64,000 nt of DNA from Alphaproteobacteria bacterium. GTDB taxonomy: Bacteria; Planctomycetota; Phycisphaerae; UBA1845. The notes below the pieces were generated by a model. The model did no database searches. It had not been told where the DNA came from and worked only from the letters and a program-made list of their open reading frames with translations. The DNA is taken from NCBI GenBank assembly GCA_028285105.1, contig JANQQE010000011.1, positions 383,856 through 447,855 on the forward strand, written 5' to 3'. Position 1 is the stretch's first letter; each line of letters starts with the position of its first letter. Positions 54,795 to 64,000 of this stretch are shown here, in pieces. Position numbers and translations under genes: made by a program.

Positions 54795-56042
54795 TCAGTT
54801 TTCGGACGGGTGAAACACAAACGTGCGAACCCATTCGGCATCGCCGCCGTCAATCTGCACTGTCCACAGATCGTACCCGCCTTCCAAACGATTTCCATCC
54901 TCATCCGGTACAAACGATCCCGACACGCCGGCATACCCTTGAAGCACGTTCGGTAAAGCAGCCCGCAGCAGAATCGGGTCACTGCGGTCAGCCACCTGGT
55001 TGATCGTCAAAGCAGCGATCCATAGCGCGTCGTACGCGACCACCGCCAGCGATGATCCTACGCGACCGATGGCGTCTTCAATGCCCTGCTGAACCGCTCG
55101 AAATCCGTTGCTGTCGGCTTCGTAATACAGAGGCGCAGTGTATCTCGTTTGATTTGCAAACGATGCCGCGTCACTTGAAGCCAGCACTTCCGGAATGCGA
55201 CTCATTGCGCTGCTGCCATACCAATTGACCCGCCCAAGGACCGAAGTGGGATCGGCTTGTTCAAGCAATTGCACGCCTTCATCCTGAGCGAGTACGACAA
55301 CCGCAACCGTATCAGCGCCAAACGAATTGATCCCGCCTTCGACCAGCCCCGTCAATTCAGCCAGTTCGTCACCAAAATCGTTCACATCATTGGCAAATGC
55401 ATCGTACAGCACAGCACCCCGCACCGTACCACCGCGATCGATCAGGCGGTCGGCCAAGATGTCGATATACGCCACCGACCAATCGCCCTCGCGCCCGATG
55501 AATGCCACGTGATCGATACCGTTGGAATCAATCTCAGCCGCGAGTGCGTCAACTTCGCGTTCCAAACCTGGAAACAACCTGGCTAGGCGATCATTGTCCT
55601 GCTCGGTATTCGGAATCAGCGGAGCCGATGCCAGCAGGAGCGTACTCAGCCGATCAGCCAGGGGGGCAGCCAGCACAATCGAATCGGAATCATAGGGGCC
55701 AACCACGATGCGAATGCCATCTTCCGACATCATTCGCAGTTTCTCGAACGCCTGCTCGGGGTCGCTGTTGGAGTCTTCAACGCGAAGATCGATCCGCCAC
55801 GGCGAATCGACTTCGGCCAAGTCCACGTTGATGATATTCACCGCCAACCGCAGCGAAGCCTCAACAGCTTCACCGAGTGACGACTGCCCACCGGTAAGTG
55901 GAACCAGCGCCCCCACGGTTACCACTTCGGCGCTGGGATCGCTGACCGCGCCGCACGACCCGCAACACATCGCAACCGCACAAACCATCAACGTTGTCAA
56001 GCGCCTAAACCAACCGCGCCGCGTCGAAACCATTCGATTCAA
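54795..56042 (-). CDS. Periplasmic substrate-binding lipoprotein (type 1 PBP fold, LivK/branched-chain amino acid-binding-like)
   Basis: Lipoprotein signal LMVCAVAMCCGSCGA. PBP1-like alternation with GALVPLTGGQSSLGEA typical of Leu/Ile/Val-binding-like proteins. Confidence 0.65.
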   Translation of the reverse strand: MNRMVSTRRGWFRRLTTLMVCAVAMCCGSCGAVSDPSAEVVTVGALVPLTGGQSSLGEAVEASLRLAVNIINVDLAEVDSPWRIDLRVEDSNSDPEQAFEKLRMMSEDGIRIVVGPYDSDSIVLAAPLADRLSTLLLASAPLIPNTEQDNDRLARLFPGLEREVDALAAEIDSNGIDHVAFIGREGDWSVAYIDILADRLIDRGGTVRGAVLYDAFANDVNDFGDELAELTGLVEGGINSFGADTVAVVVLAQDEGVQLLEQADPTSVLGRVNWYGSSAMSRIPEVLASSDAASFANQTRYTAPLYYEADSNGFRAVQQGIEDAIGRVGSSLAVVAYDALWIAALTINQVADRSDPILLRAALPNVLQGYAGVSGSFVPDEDGNRLEGGYDLWTVQIDGGDAEWVRTFVFHPSEN

Positions 56043-56056
56043 CTCATGTCCCCTAC

Positions 56057-57751
56057 TTAAGATGGATTGCCTTGCCGTGCCAGCGGACTCGGTACAAACG
56101 GCGGTTTGTCGAAGTCACTGTCCACCGGTGCAAGGTCGAGTTCCTCAAACAAAAGTGCCGGCGCGATCACTGACTGACCGCCATCGCCACCCAACACGTT
56201 CATCACCGCCGGTTTGTCACCTACGGCCAGTATTCGCTTGAACGCCCTGGCGTCTGCGCGAATGCCGCTCACCCCGCGCACCAGTTCCTCGCGACCATCG
56301 GGATACACTTTGTAGACTTCCAACGGCGAACGACCGCTTAGCGAGGCAACGCGGATGCCGAACTCGTTGTCTTCATCTTGAAATGCATCGATGAACTCTT
56401 CAAGCATCGCCTCTTGGGTCAACGGATCGGTCGATGACAACATCAGATTCGAGGTTTTCGCAGTCGGACGCGATGAACCGCGGCCATGCCCGGTGGATTT
56501 CTTGAATTCCTTCGACGGATTTCGCGACATGACCAATTCCTTGAGGCGACCTTTCTCAACAAGCGTTTGCTTCTGAGCCTTCACACCCTGATCGTCATAG
56601 TCGTACTCGCCCAGCAAAATTTCGCCGTTGAACTCTTTCAAGCCGGGATCGTCCACCACCGTCACCGATCGCGGCAAAATGCGCTTTCCCAGTTTCTTTT
56701 CGAAATCGTCCGACCGACTCTGACTGCCCACGGGTCTTTGGCCACCCGCAAATCGATTGGCAAACGTTCCACCAAAAAGGGCCGACGCAGCCGACGCATC
56801 CACGAGTACTGGACCGGTGTACGTCGATTCCAGTTTTGAGGCGCTGCGAATCATCATCAGTCGATCGGTCATCTCGCGAATCTTTGGTTCAAGTTCTTTG
56901 GCTGTGGGCATTTCGAGCGGTTCGCCGACATAGACCGACATCGAATCGCTGAGTCGCATGCCGTCGTCGGCTTGCACCAATGCGACTACCATGATCTCCA
57001 GGACTGCTCCCTGGGTTCGCAATCGCGTGCCTTCGGTGTTGACCAGGTATTCGTTTCCCCCACCACCGCGAATTCGAACGACCGACCGCTGCACATCGGG
57101 ATAGTCGCGAAAAACAGCTGACAATTCGATCGCGAGCGACTCCATCTCGGTAACGGGCACCTTCAAATCGCGCAATGGTTCAATCGCGACCGTAGGTTCC
57201 TCACGCGTGAAATCGACCGGTTTGTCTTCAATGACTTTGCTTTCCATCAGCGCCTGCTTTCGCGGGAACGCTTCTGCCGCACTCTTGTAACTGCGGTCCG
57301 TAGCCCACCAGATCGCCTGACGAATGGCTTTGTAGTCGTCTTCAATTGGCAATGACGCCCGGGCCAATCCGGAGTAACCGCCACCGACAAAGTTCGTATT
57401 GTCAAGCTCGTATGACCCGACGCGCGTCTCGACGCGAAGTTGCCGGACATGTTGATCGTCGCGCTCCAGCACCGAACCGAGCGATGCAGTGACACTTGCA
57501 TACCGTGCGTCTTGCGCGCCGTACTCGATAAAGTAAGGCCGCTTCAAATCTTCAAGCTTCAGCCCGGCCAATCCGCGATCGAGTTCATCGACCATCGTGC
57601 GGAGCAGCACGTCTTTGGTCATGACTTTCTTGACGTCCGTGATCGCCGAATTTTCGGCATCCGCAGGCGCAACCCACACGGTCAACGCGATCATTCCGCA
57701 CGTCACCGCGCATGTCCACACCTGGTTTCGATTCGATGCGATCCAACTCAT
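56057..57751 (-). CDS. pmbA: TldE/PmbA-family metallopeptidase-like protein, exported
   Basis: Start ATG 57751 gives signal peptide MSWIASNRNQVWTCAVTCGMIALTVWVAPADA. PmbA_TldD family region with GHGRGSSRP. Its start overlaps the tldD stop (ATGA). Confidence 0.75.
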   Translation of the reverse strand: MSWIASNRNQVWTCAVTCGMIALTVWVAPADAENSAITDVKKVMTKDVLLRTMVDELDRGLAGLKLEDLKRPYFIEYGAQDARYASVTASLGSVLERDDQHVRQLRVETRVGSYELDNTNFVGGGYSGLARASLPIEDDYKAIRQAIWWATDRSYKSAAEAFPRKQALMESKVIEDKPVDFTREEPTVAIEPLRDLKVPVTEMESLAIELSAVFRDYPDVQRSVVRIRGGGGNEYLVNTEGTRLRTQGAVLEIMVVALVQADDGMRLSDSMSVYVGEPLEMPTAKELEPKIREMTDRLMMIRSASKLESTYTGPVLVDASAASALFGGTFANRFAGGQRPVGSQSRSDDFEKKLGKRILPRSVTVVDDPGLKEFNGEILLGEYDYDDQGVKAQKQTLVEKGRLKELVMSRNPSKEFKKSTGHGRGSSRPTAKTSNLMLSSTDPLTQEAMLEEFIDAFQDEDNEFGIRVASLSGRSPLEVYKVYPDGREELVRGVSGIRADARAFKRILAVGDKPAVMNVLGGDGGQSVIAPALLFEELDLAPVDSDFDKPPFVPSPLARQGNPS

Positions 57752-59490
57752 TGAGCGGTCTCCATGGAAGTGGCGGTTGAACCCTTGGCAATCGGAGCGG
57801 GCAGAATCGGCGGGCGATCCTGCGATTTCTGTTTTTTCTCGATCTCGATTTGTTCGACCAGAATGCTTGGCGAAATCGCAGACACGGGAACGGAACCTGA
57901 TTCCGCCCCGCACACGCCGTTGAAAATACCCGGGTCATCGCCGGTGTAAAGAATCTTGGAAAAGCACGTCAGCGGAGTTCCGACTATATCAACACCGCGT
58001 ACCAACTCGTCGGGCCGACCATCAACGTAGACCTTGTACACAATGATCGGCAACACCTTGAAAGCCTGCGGTCCGCGTCTTTGCGTGGTCGTAAAGCCAC
58101 CGGAGATATCCTCGAACAACAATCCGTATTCCTTATCCTGTCGCTTGGCTTCTTCAATCAGTTTCGCGCGAAGTTCTTCAAACGGAACCTGCTTTGCCGA
58201 CTCGACGATCAGGTTGCCTTGTCGAGCGACCACGCGCCGGCCCGGTTGACGACGGCCATGCCCGTTCGACTGCGTGAATCCACGCGTCGGCGAGCGCGAC
58301 AGCAGAAACGTTTTGAGAATTCCGTTATCCACAAGGCGTACCGGCTGAGCAGCCATCGCTTCCTGATCGAATTCGTAGAATCCGTTGAGTTCGACATCGT
58401 CCCACTTTTGGCGGGACGGATCGTCCACGATGCTCAAGAATTCTGGCAGCACCGATTGCTCGATTTTCTTGGCGAAAGTCTGTCCTTCGTCCACATCCTT
58501 TTGACGATGCCCTTCGATGCGGTGTCCGAAGATCTCGTGAAAGAACACACCGCTTGCACGATTGCGCAGTATCGCTGGACCGGTGTACGGTTCGACAACG
58601 GGGGCCTCTCGAAGGGCCATCACCTGATGGATCAACTCTTCGATGCCTGCCGTCACCGTCGCATCGTCGGGCAGACCATCGGGCGAATGAGCATCGAATG
58701 CGGTGTACTGCCACAACTCCATGCCGTCATCGGCAACGGTGGACGCCCGAACCCCAATTCGCCACCACGACCGGCCAACCTGTAGTTTGCTTCCTTCGCT
58801 GGATACCATCAACTCATTCGTCGTGGTGCCAGTGAGTGTCACTTGCGAATCGAAAATCAACGGATGATCGCGAAACATCGCCGAATACTTGCGAATGCGA
58901 TCAGCCATCGCGGTTTCGTCGTACGACACTTTCACCCATGGGTTGATCTTGACGTTGGGCTTTTCTTTCGAGAAGTCGTCGGACTGGTCTTCCTCCTCGA
59001 CCTTGACTTTGATGTTGGCTTTGACCTGACCGAGGCGCTTGACAGCGTCTTTGAAACGGGCATCGGTCGCCAACCAGATACGCTGCCTTGAGGCAACCGG
59101 ATTACCGTCGAGCGCCAACTCCGTTCGACCGCCGCCAAAATCATAACCGCGACCACGACCACGTATCTGATGCGAATTGTCCAGTTGATAGTCGCCGCAG
59201 CGCAGGTCGATATCCAACCAGCGGTCGTGTGACTCGTCATCGCTGACCAGCGCTCCCAACTTTGCTTGCACGCTCAGTTGTTTTTGGTCGGTCACCGTGT
59301 ATTGAATGAAGTAAGGCTTGGTGCCCTCTGGCGAAACGAGTTTGTTCATTGACAGGTTCAATTCGTCCTGCATCAACGAAAGCAGAGGGTGTGCGCCGGC
59401 GGCAAGTGCCGACGTTGGCGGAAGAAAGTTGACTGCGCAGACAAGGCATGTTGCCATTCCTGCAATTCGCGTCTTGCCATACGATTTCAT
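57748..59490 (-). CDS. tldD: TldD-family zinc metallopeptidase, exported
   Basis: ATG 59490 with AAGGTGAG upstream gives a signal peptide MKSYGKTRIAGMATCLVCAVNFLPPTSALAAG. Motif HEIFGHRIEGH matches TldD HExxxH. GHGRRQPG is family-typical. Confidence 0.8.
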   Translation of the reverse strand: MKSYGKTRIAGMATCLVCAVNFLPPTSALAAGAHPLLSLMQDELNLSMNKLVSPEGTKPYFIQYTVTDQKQLSVQAKLGALVSDDESHDRWLDIDLRCGDYQLDNSHQIRGRGRGYDFGGGRTELALDGNPVASRQRIWLATDARFKDAVKRLGQVKANIKVKVEEEDQSDDFSKEKPNVKINPWVKVSYDETAMADRIRKYSAMFRDHPLIFDSQVTLTGTTTNELMVSSEGSKLQVGRSWWRIGVRASTVADDGMELWQYTAFDAHSPDGLPDDATVTAGIEELIHQVMALREAPVVEPYTGPAILRNRASGVFFHEIFGHRIEGHRQKDVDEGQTFAKKIEQSVLPEFLSIVDDPSRQKWDDVELNGFYEFDQEAMAAQPVRLVDNGILKTFLLSRSPTRGFTQSNGHGRRQPGRRVVARQGNLIVESAKQVPFEELRAKLIEEAKRQDKEYGLLFEDISGGFTTTQRRGPQAFKVLPIIVYKVYVDGRPDELVRGVDIVGTPLTCFSKILYTGDDPGIFNGVCGAESGSVPVSAISPSILVEQIEIEKKQKSQDRPPILPAPIAKGSTATSMETAQ

Positions 59491-59686
59491 TTGACTCACC
59501 TTTACCAAAAGGGATTGGAACGACTCTGTGCCGATGGCGAGTTGTTATACACCCTCGACCAGCCAATGCAAAACAAACGAACGCCTGGGTATGCGATTGT
59601 TACGTCGCAGCCGGACAATTGGTTTCGGAGCATTTGAACGATCTTAAGTCACGCGGCCCCGCAGGTCCGCCAATGATCGGAGAAGT

Positions 59687-61021
59687 TTGAGAATCATGCA
59701 CAGCGTATACACGTTTCGACAATTCAATTTGCGAATAAATCCAATCGTAGGGCTGGCCTGTTGGGCGACGATGACATTCTGTCCCGGTCCGCTTGTGGCG
59801 GCTGAACGCCACCTTTCGAAAATGACATATTCTGAAAAAAAGAAACTCGCTCCCGCCGTTTGGCACCAACACGCGAGCGACAAAAGCATACCGTGGGAAA
59901 TTGACATCATCGAGGTCGACATCGCCAGTCCTGAAATCGAAGTCGTGTCGATCGACGCCATCAACGAATCGCGGCGCGAAAAAGTGATTGACTTGGCCAA
60001 GAGGAGCCGGGCCATCGCCGCCATCAATGCCGGCTTCTTCAATATGAAAACGGGCGCATCGAGCAGCCACTTCGAACTCGACGATGTCATGCATGCCGTC
60101 AATCATCCCGACGCACCTCCACGCTCTACGATGGGATTGACGGATGGCGAATCGCAGTCTGCGGTGATGTCCATCCTTGATTCCAAAGGCAAACCGCTAT
60201 TCAACGAAGACGGCTGGAAGCACGTCGCCCACGCGATCGGTGGCGGCCCCGGATTGATTCGCGACGGGAAGCACACGGTGATGAACAATTTTGAAGGATT
60301 CGGCAAGGAAGACTTCGTCGAAAAGCGGCATCCCCGCACTGCCGTGGGTTTCAATTCAAGAACGAAACGAATGTTCTGGGTCACGGTGGATGGCCGTCAA
60401 CCCGGATGGAGCGAAGGTATGAGCCTGATCGAGTTGACGCAATTGATGTCCGATCTCGGTTGCGACAACGCCATGAACTTCGACGGCGGCGGGTCGTCCA
60501 CATGCGTCGTCAATGGCAAAGTCATCAATCGCGTGTCAGGAAAAGAACGCAGTGAGCGGGCAGTATCCAACGCATGGGTCGTACGGAGATCTTTGCCCAC
60601 CATCACCATCGATAACGATGACCAAGGAGTAACCCAAATCGGTGACTGGCAAACTTCGACCAAAGATGGTTGCTACGAGGAAGACATGCTGATTTGCCAA
60701 ATTGCCCCCGGTAGTGGAGAAAGGGGAAGGGTTTCTTGGAAAGCCAATATCCCGAAATCCGGTGAGTATTTGATCGAAGCCTGGTGGGTGGCAGACAACG
60801 ATCGAGCCAATGGGGCCGAATACAGCGTAAACATGGGCGGCGCGTCAACCTCCATCATGGTGAATCAACGGAAATACGGAAGCCGGTGGAATTCGCTCGG
60901 CACATTCACCGTCCAAGACGGCCAAACTCCCAAAATTGAATTGACCGCCAACGGAATTGAATCCGCAACGCTTGCTGCTGATGCGATCCGTTTCACTCGA
61001 CTTGGACCGGCTGAGGAGTAA
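59687..61021 (+). CDS. Phosphodiester glycosidase family protein (NAGPA/DUF2233-like) with a C-terminal golvesin-like domain
   Basis: Core region GFNSRTKRMFWVTVDGRQPGWSEGMSLIELTQLMSDLGCDNAMNFDGGGSST is characteristic of the phosphodiester glycosidase family. The C-terminal ~120 aa (EAWWVADNDRANGAEYSV) resembles the golvesin C-terminal-like domain. Confidence 0.65.
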   Translation: MRIMHSVYTFRQFNLRINPIVGLACWATMTFCPGPLVAAERHLSKMTYSEKKKLAPAVWHQHASDKSIPWEIDIIEVDIASPEIEVVSIDAINESRREKVIDLAKRSRAIAAINAGFFNMKTGASSSHFELDDVMHAVNHPDAPPRSTMGLTDGESQSAVMSILDSKGKPLFNEDGWKHVAHAIGGGPGLIRDGKHTVMNNFEGFGKEDFVEKRHPRTAVGFNSRTKRMFWVTVDGRQPGWSEGMSLIELTQLMSDLGCDNAMNFDGGGSSTCVVNGKVINRVSGKERSERAVSNAWVVRRSLPTITIDNDDQGVTQIGDWQTSTKDGCYEEDMLICQIAPGSGERGRVSWKANIPKSGEYLIEAWWVADNDRANGAEYSVNMGGASTSIMVNQRKYGSRWNSLGTFTVQDGQTPKIELTANGIESATLAADAIRFTRLGPAEE

Positions 61022-61199
61022 ATCGGTACCACGAGAGGGCGCCCCAAGCGATCGCGGCTGCTCGGTACCCCTACACTGATGCCAAGAAGATGATATAAGG
61101 TATGACATTGTGTATTGAGGCGAAAATTAAGTAAAATGTTCGGGGCAACATGATCCTTTTGCGTTCTTCTTGAGTTGGGCCACTCAACTAACTGTTACC

Positions 61200-61826
61200 A
61201 TGATTGATGCGAAAAACCACTACCGAGAAAAGATCGAACACTTCAAATCCGAAACTGCCGAGTCCGGCGGGATTGTCCTGCTGGGCTCTTCTCATTTTGA
61301 ATGGTTCGATACGGATAAACTGCTGCCGCAATGGCGATTCGTGAACCGCGGGATTGCGTCAGACCGCATTGGCGTGACGGATCGCGGCATTCTGCATCGG
61401 CTTGATGTTTCGGTTTTTGACCTGTCGCCCGCTTGCGTGATCCTGCAAAACGGGGTCAATGATCTTGGCGAATTGTGGCGCACCGGCGAGCCATCCGTCG
61501 AGCAGGTGGTCGATTGCTACGAGCACGTGGTTTCGCGAATTCAGCAGAGATTACCCGACACCCCATTTGCTATCGTCAGCATCCTGCCGACCAGCGGAGA
61601 ATTCGCCGGTCTCACGCCTTGGATCGCCCCGTTCAACCGCGAACTCAAACGCATCGCAACCGATGCCGGCATCGAATTCATCGACTTCTACCCGGACGTC
61701 GTCGGCCCCGACAAACAGTTTCGCGCCGAGCTAACCTACGACGGCCTTCACTTAAATGAAGATGGATACAAGCTCTTTGCCAAGCGAATCAATCAATACT
61801 TATCAACATTGAAATTGAATTCGTAG
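61200..61826 (+). CDS. SGNH/GDSL family hydrolase
   Basis: Block I GSS(H) in IVLLGSSHFE, block III GVNDL, block V DGLHLNEDGY. About 208 aa from ATG 61200. An alternative TTG start lies at 61170. Confidence 0.7.
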   Translation: MIDAKNHYREKIEHFKSETAESGGIVLLGSSHFEWFDTDKLLPQWRFVNRGIASDRIGVTDRGILHRLDVSVFDLSPACVILQNGVNDLGELWRTGEPSVEQVVDCYEHVVSRIQQRLPDTPFAIVSILPTSGEFAGLTPWIAPFNRELKRIATDAGIEFIDFYPDVVGPDKQFRAELTYDGLHLNEDGYKLFAKRINQYLSTLKLNS

Positions 61827-61843
61827 GGTCCGCTGTGCGGACC
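61823..61843. repeat. REP-like palindrome GTAGGGTCCGC-TGT-GCGGACC (copy 2 of 2)
   Basis: Shares the 11-nt left arm and GCGGACC right arm with 46851..46875. It lies between convergent genes (SGNH hydrolase, lipoprotein). No T-run follows. Confidence 0.45.
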
Positions 61844-61976
61844 ATCTCACTGTATAAAACGAAATAAGGGCGTCCTCGATCCGCGAATCGAAGACGCCCC
61901 ACTCTTTTGCTGTCCGCCCTTTGTTCGCTTCCACGAGGGCAGATCAGGTTTTGATTGCAACTAGCTCAGAATCAAG

Positions 61977-63344
61977 TTAGTTCAGAATGATGTACCCGAC
62001 CTTGGTGTTTGTACCAGCCGTCGTTCCGTCACCCGTCTTGAAGCCGACGAGGCTGTTGCTTGCGTGTGCATCCGTTGCGGGCAAACCGTATGGGCTTGAA
62101 CCATCAACGTCTGGTACGAGCGCCCAACTGCCGTCGTATGACTGCAAGAATTCACCTGAACCGATTGACGTGGTTCCCGAGAGGAAGCGGTACATGCCAT
62201 TGGGCGAAATCGTGCAGGTCTGACTCCAACCGACGAAACCGTTGTTGGTGGTCGAACCGTCGATTTCCTCGTCGCCAGAAAGTTGCGGGTTGAGTCCCGG
62301 TGAATCACCGGTGGCTCCACGAGCGTCTCCACCGTTTCTGTCGTCGGCATCGCGATCGACATAGTAGATGTACTGACCACCGGCATAGCACTGCTCACCG
62401 GTTGACGGGTTTTCCGCCAACATCGTGCTGGTTCCGTCGGCTGTGTTCAACCAACGAACATTTCCAAATGCTTCATTGTCTTCGTAGAAGATGTAGCCAG
62501 CATCGGCGTAGTAAAGGTTGTCTCCGATACCGCCAATGTCGGTCGTATCCCAAATAACCGGGGCGGCTTCGGGGTTTTCGATATCGTAAATGTAAAACAT
62601 GTTGCCGACCTTCACAGCGAGTTCCATGTTTGTGGCATCGATCTCGATGTGCTGAACGTTGTCTTCCGGATCGTTTGTGAAGCTGATGATTTCCGGCGTT
62701 TCACCATTGACATCGATCGCAATGATCTTGTTGCCACCGTTGGTTCCTGGATCATTGCGACAAACAACGTAACCAGCCGCTGCCCGGATGATGCCCTGAG
62801 CATAAAGACCGCCGGGGTTGTTGACGAGGCGGATCGTTTCTTCCGGAATCTCGGTCGATGTACCCGTTTCGGAATCAAAAATCGTAACGAGGAAGTTGCT
62901 CAGCAGGGCAGCTTTGTTCCCCGTAACTGCGAATGAACTGGCGACGTAATTTTCGCCGTTCGGCAGACCGCGACCTTCGGTGTCACCTTGCGACGGGATG
63001 ATGTAGTCGACACCGGCGAAACCACCGTATCCATAGACGAGCAGGTCGTCGCCGACGGCAATGCGTCCGCCGTTATGTACGTCGATGTTGGTTTTGACAG
63101 CCGCCCCAAATGCTGCGCCGCCATTGTTACCACCATTGTTTCCGCCGTTGTTGCCACCATTATTGCCACCGTTGTCGGCTCCGTTGGTGCCCATGTCGCC
63201 ACCGCCGTTACCGCCACCGTTTCCACCGCCACCACTATTTCCACCACCGTTGTCGCCGCCCATCATCATTTCACATCCGGTGTGTGTACTGAGGATCAGC
63301 GCAAAAGCGGCTACCCATGCCATACCATTCTTCTTCTGAATCAT
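61977..63344 (-). CDS. Lipoprotein with a Gly/Asn-rich low-complexity linker and a beta-rich C-terminal domain
   Basis: Lipobox LILSTHTGC. GGDNGGGNSGGGGNGGGNGGG...NGGNNGGNNGGNNGGNNGG is encoded by near-perfect 12-nt tandem repeats. The remainder looks beta-propeller-like, with YIYD/YIFYED/YIYYVD segments. Confidence 0.55.
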   Translation of the reverse strand: MIQKKNGMAWVAAFALILSTHTGCEMMMGGDNGGGNSGGGGNGGGNGGGDMGTNGADNGGNNGGNNGGNNGGNNGGAAFGAAVKTNIDVHNGGRIAVGDDLLVYGYGGFAGVDYIIPSQGDTEGRGLPNGENYVASSFAVTGNKAALLSNFLVTIFDSETGTSTEIPEETIRLVNNPGGLYAQGIIRAAAGYVVCRNDPGTNGGNKIIAIDVNGETPEIISFTNDPEDNVQHIEIDATNMELAVKVGNMFYIYDIENPEAAPVIWDTTDIGGIGDNLYYADAGYIFYEDNEAFGNVRWLNTADGTSTMLAENPSTGEQCYAGGQYIYYVDRDADDRNGGDARGATGDSPGLNPQLSGDEEIDGSTTNNGFVGWSQTCTISPNGMYRFLSGTTSIGSGEFLQSYDGSWALVPDVDGSSPYGLPATDAHASNSLVGFKTGDGTTAGTNTKVGYIILN

Positions 63345-63687
63345 CTAAGTCGTAACCTCCAGTTAGAACTTACCCTGCGGCGGTTGACACAAACCATTTG
63401 CCAGGACAAACCTTTACGCACCCAGCGCGCAGGCTGCACCGCTCAACCGCCTAGAATTCTATTTTCGTTTGTTCTTCAGATTGAGGAGATCGCCGCGCCA
63501 CACGACCCACACCCTCAATCCGATGAGATGAGGAGAATAACAGAACCAAATCTCCCGACAAGTCAACGCTTTTTGGCAAAATACACAGCTTGGGGGGGCT
63601 TTCCAATGGATATCGACGAAATTGACTTGACCACCAGTGATTGCACAAAAGGCAGGCGGGCGTTTTGTATGCACACCGCAGAATCGC

Positions 63688-64000
63688 TTATTTTTTCTTA
63701 CCTATCTTCACAATCTTTGGATCGCTCATCTTACTGGTCCGCCCGACCGACCTGACCGCGACAAGATCGCAGCGAACGTCGCCCTGCTGCCGGTTGACTT
63801 GAATACCGCGAGTGCTTCCGGGCAAGATCTGGAGATCCCACTTCAAGCCGTATCGTGATTGAACAACCCAATGCGCCACCTCAGTCTTATCGCCAGGCTT
63901 TACTTTGAGATGAGTCATCCCATCTCGCGATTTGCGCAGTTTTTCAACGTCAGGCATTGCTGGTAATTCGACATCGAGCCACGACGTCTCCGGAATGAGT
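63688..64000 (-). CDS. C-terminal part of a longer gene whose start lies beyond the right window edge; hypothetical
   Basis: The reading frame is open from 64000 down to the stop at 63688 (...LIPETSWLDVELPAMPDVEKLRKSRDGMTHLKVKPGDKTEVAHWV...). The ATG at 63957 is probably internal. Confidence 0.35.
   Translation of the reverse strand, partial: LIPETSWLDVELPAMPDVEKLRKSRDGMTHLKVKPGDKTEVAHWVVQSRYGLKWDLQILPGSTRGIQVNRQQGDVRCDLVAVRSVGRTSKMSDPKIVKIGKKK

Noticed and set aside
54707-54982. ORF-track N-terminal extension of the 54128 gene (MTRFCCGLLYRTCFKG...)
   Set aside because: The Cys/Arg-rich odd composition overlaps the end of the upstream binding-protein gene. A good RBS precedes the internal ATG at 54706.
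63061-63339. Plus-strand ORF encoding PPLLPPLFPPLLPPLLPPL and a His/Arg/Cys-rich ORF at 63110..63292
   Set aside because: These are the reverse-strand and alternative-frame shadows of the GGNN tandem repeat in the lipoprotein gene.
1-64000. CRISPR arrays, tRNA/rRNA genes, IS elements and prophage genes
   Set aside because: I scanned intergenic regions (for example 3530-3975, 11661-11954, 18716-19073, 44131-44541, 59509-59686, 63345-63687). I found no direct-repeat/spacer arrays, no tRNA-like T-loop/acceptor features, no transposase-like ORFs and no integrase. The tandem repeats seen are protein-coding.

Overview
This window is a GC-rich bacterial chromosomal segment densely packed with roughly 50 genes on both strands. 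The gene content suggests a Planctomycetota-like organism. This is an inference from the giant secreted multidomain proteins carrying DCNxNGxPDxCE Asp/Cys repeats, Ig-like triplets and dockerin-like C-termini. I found no rRNA, tRNA, CRISPR array or mobile element. Housekeeping genes include a fused secDF (running off the left edge), ogt, rnpA, cspA, a mreD-mrdA-rodA cell-wall elongation block inside a long minus-strand operon (also HEAT-repeat lipoprotein, lnt, moeA, flotillin and NfeD), larC, pgi, and an M16 peptidase. There is also an exported tldD/pmbA pair, a LivK-like binding protein and an MFS transporter. The accessory content is more interesting. Most notably there is a strong candidate selenoprotein: a deiodinase-like thioredoxin-fold protein with an in-frame TGA in the motif FGSYT-U-PPF and a downstream YIREAH..D.W motif. 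Three giant secreted hydrolases share the same C-terminal cassette of three Ig-like domains plus a dockerin-like domain ending in GP: a BNR/Asp-box beta-propeller protein, an M12B reprolysin-like metzincin and an S8 subtilase; a fourth secreted protein has only the dockerin-like tail. Other notable items are three tandem YcgR-like PilZ genes, an orphan HslV-like Ntn hydrolase with Ser at the nucleophile position, an SPFH plus zinc-ribbon three-gene module resembling B. subtilis ydjGHI without pspA, and a repeated palindromic REP-like element. Gene starts were placed by codon arithmetic from the ORF track, because the track uses TTG/GTG starts and often over-extends N-termini.
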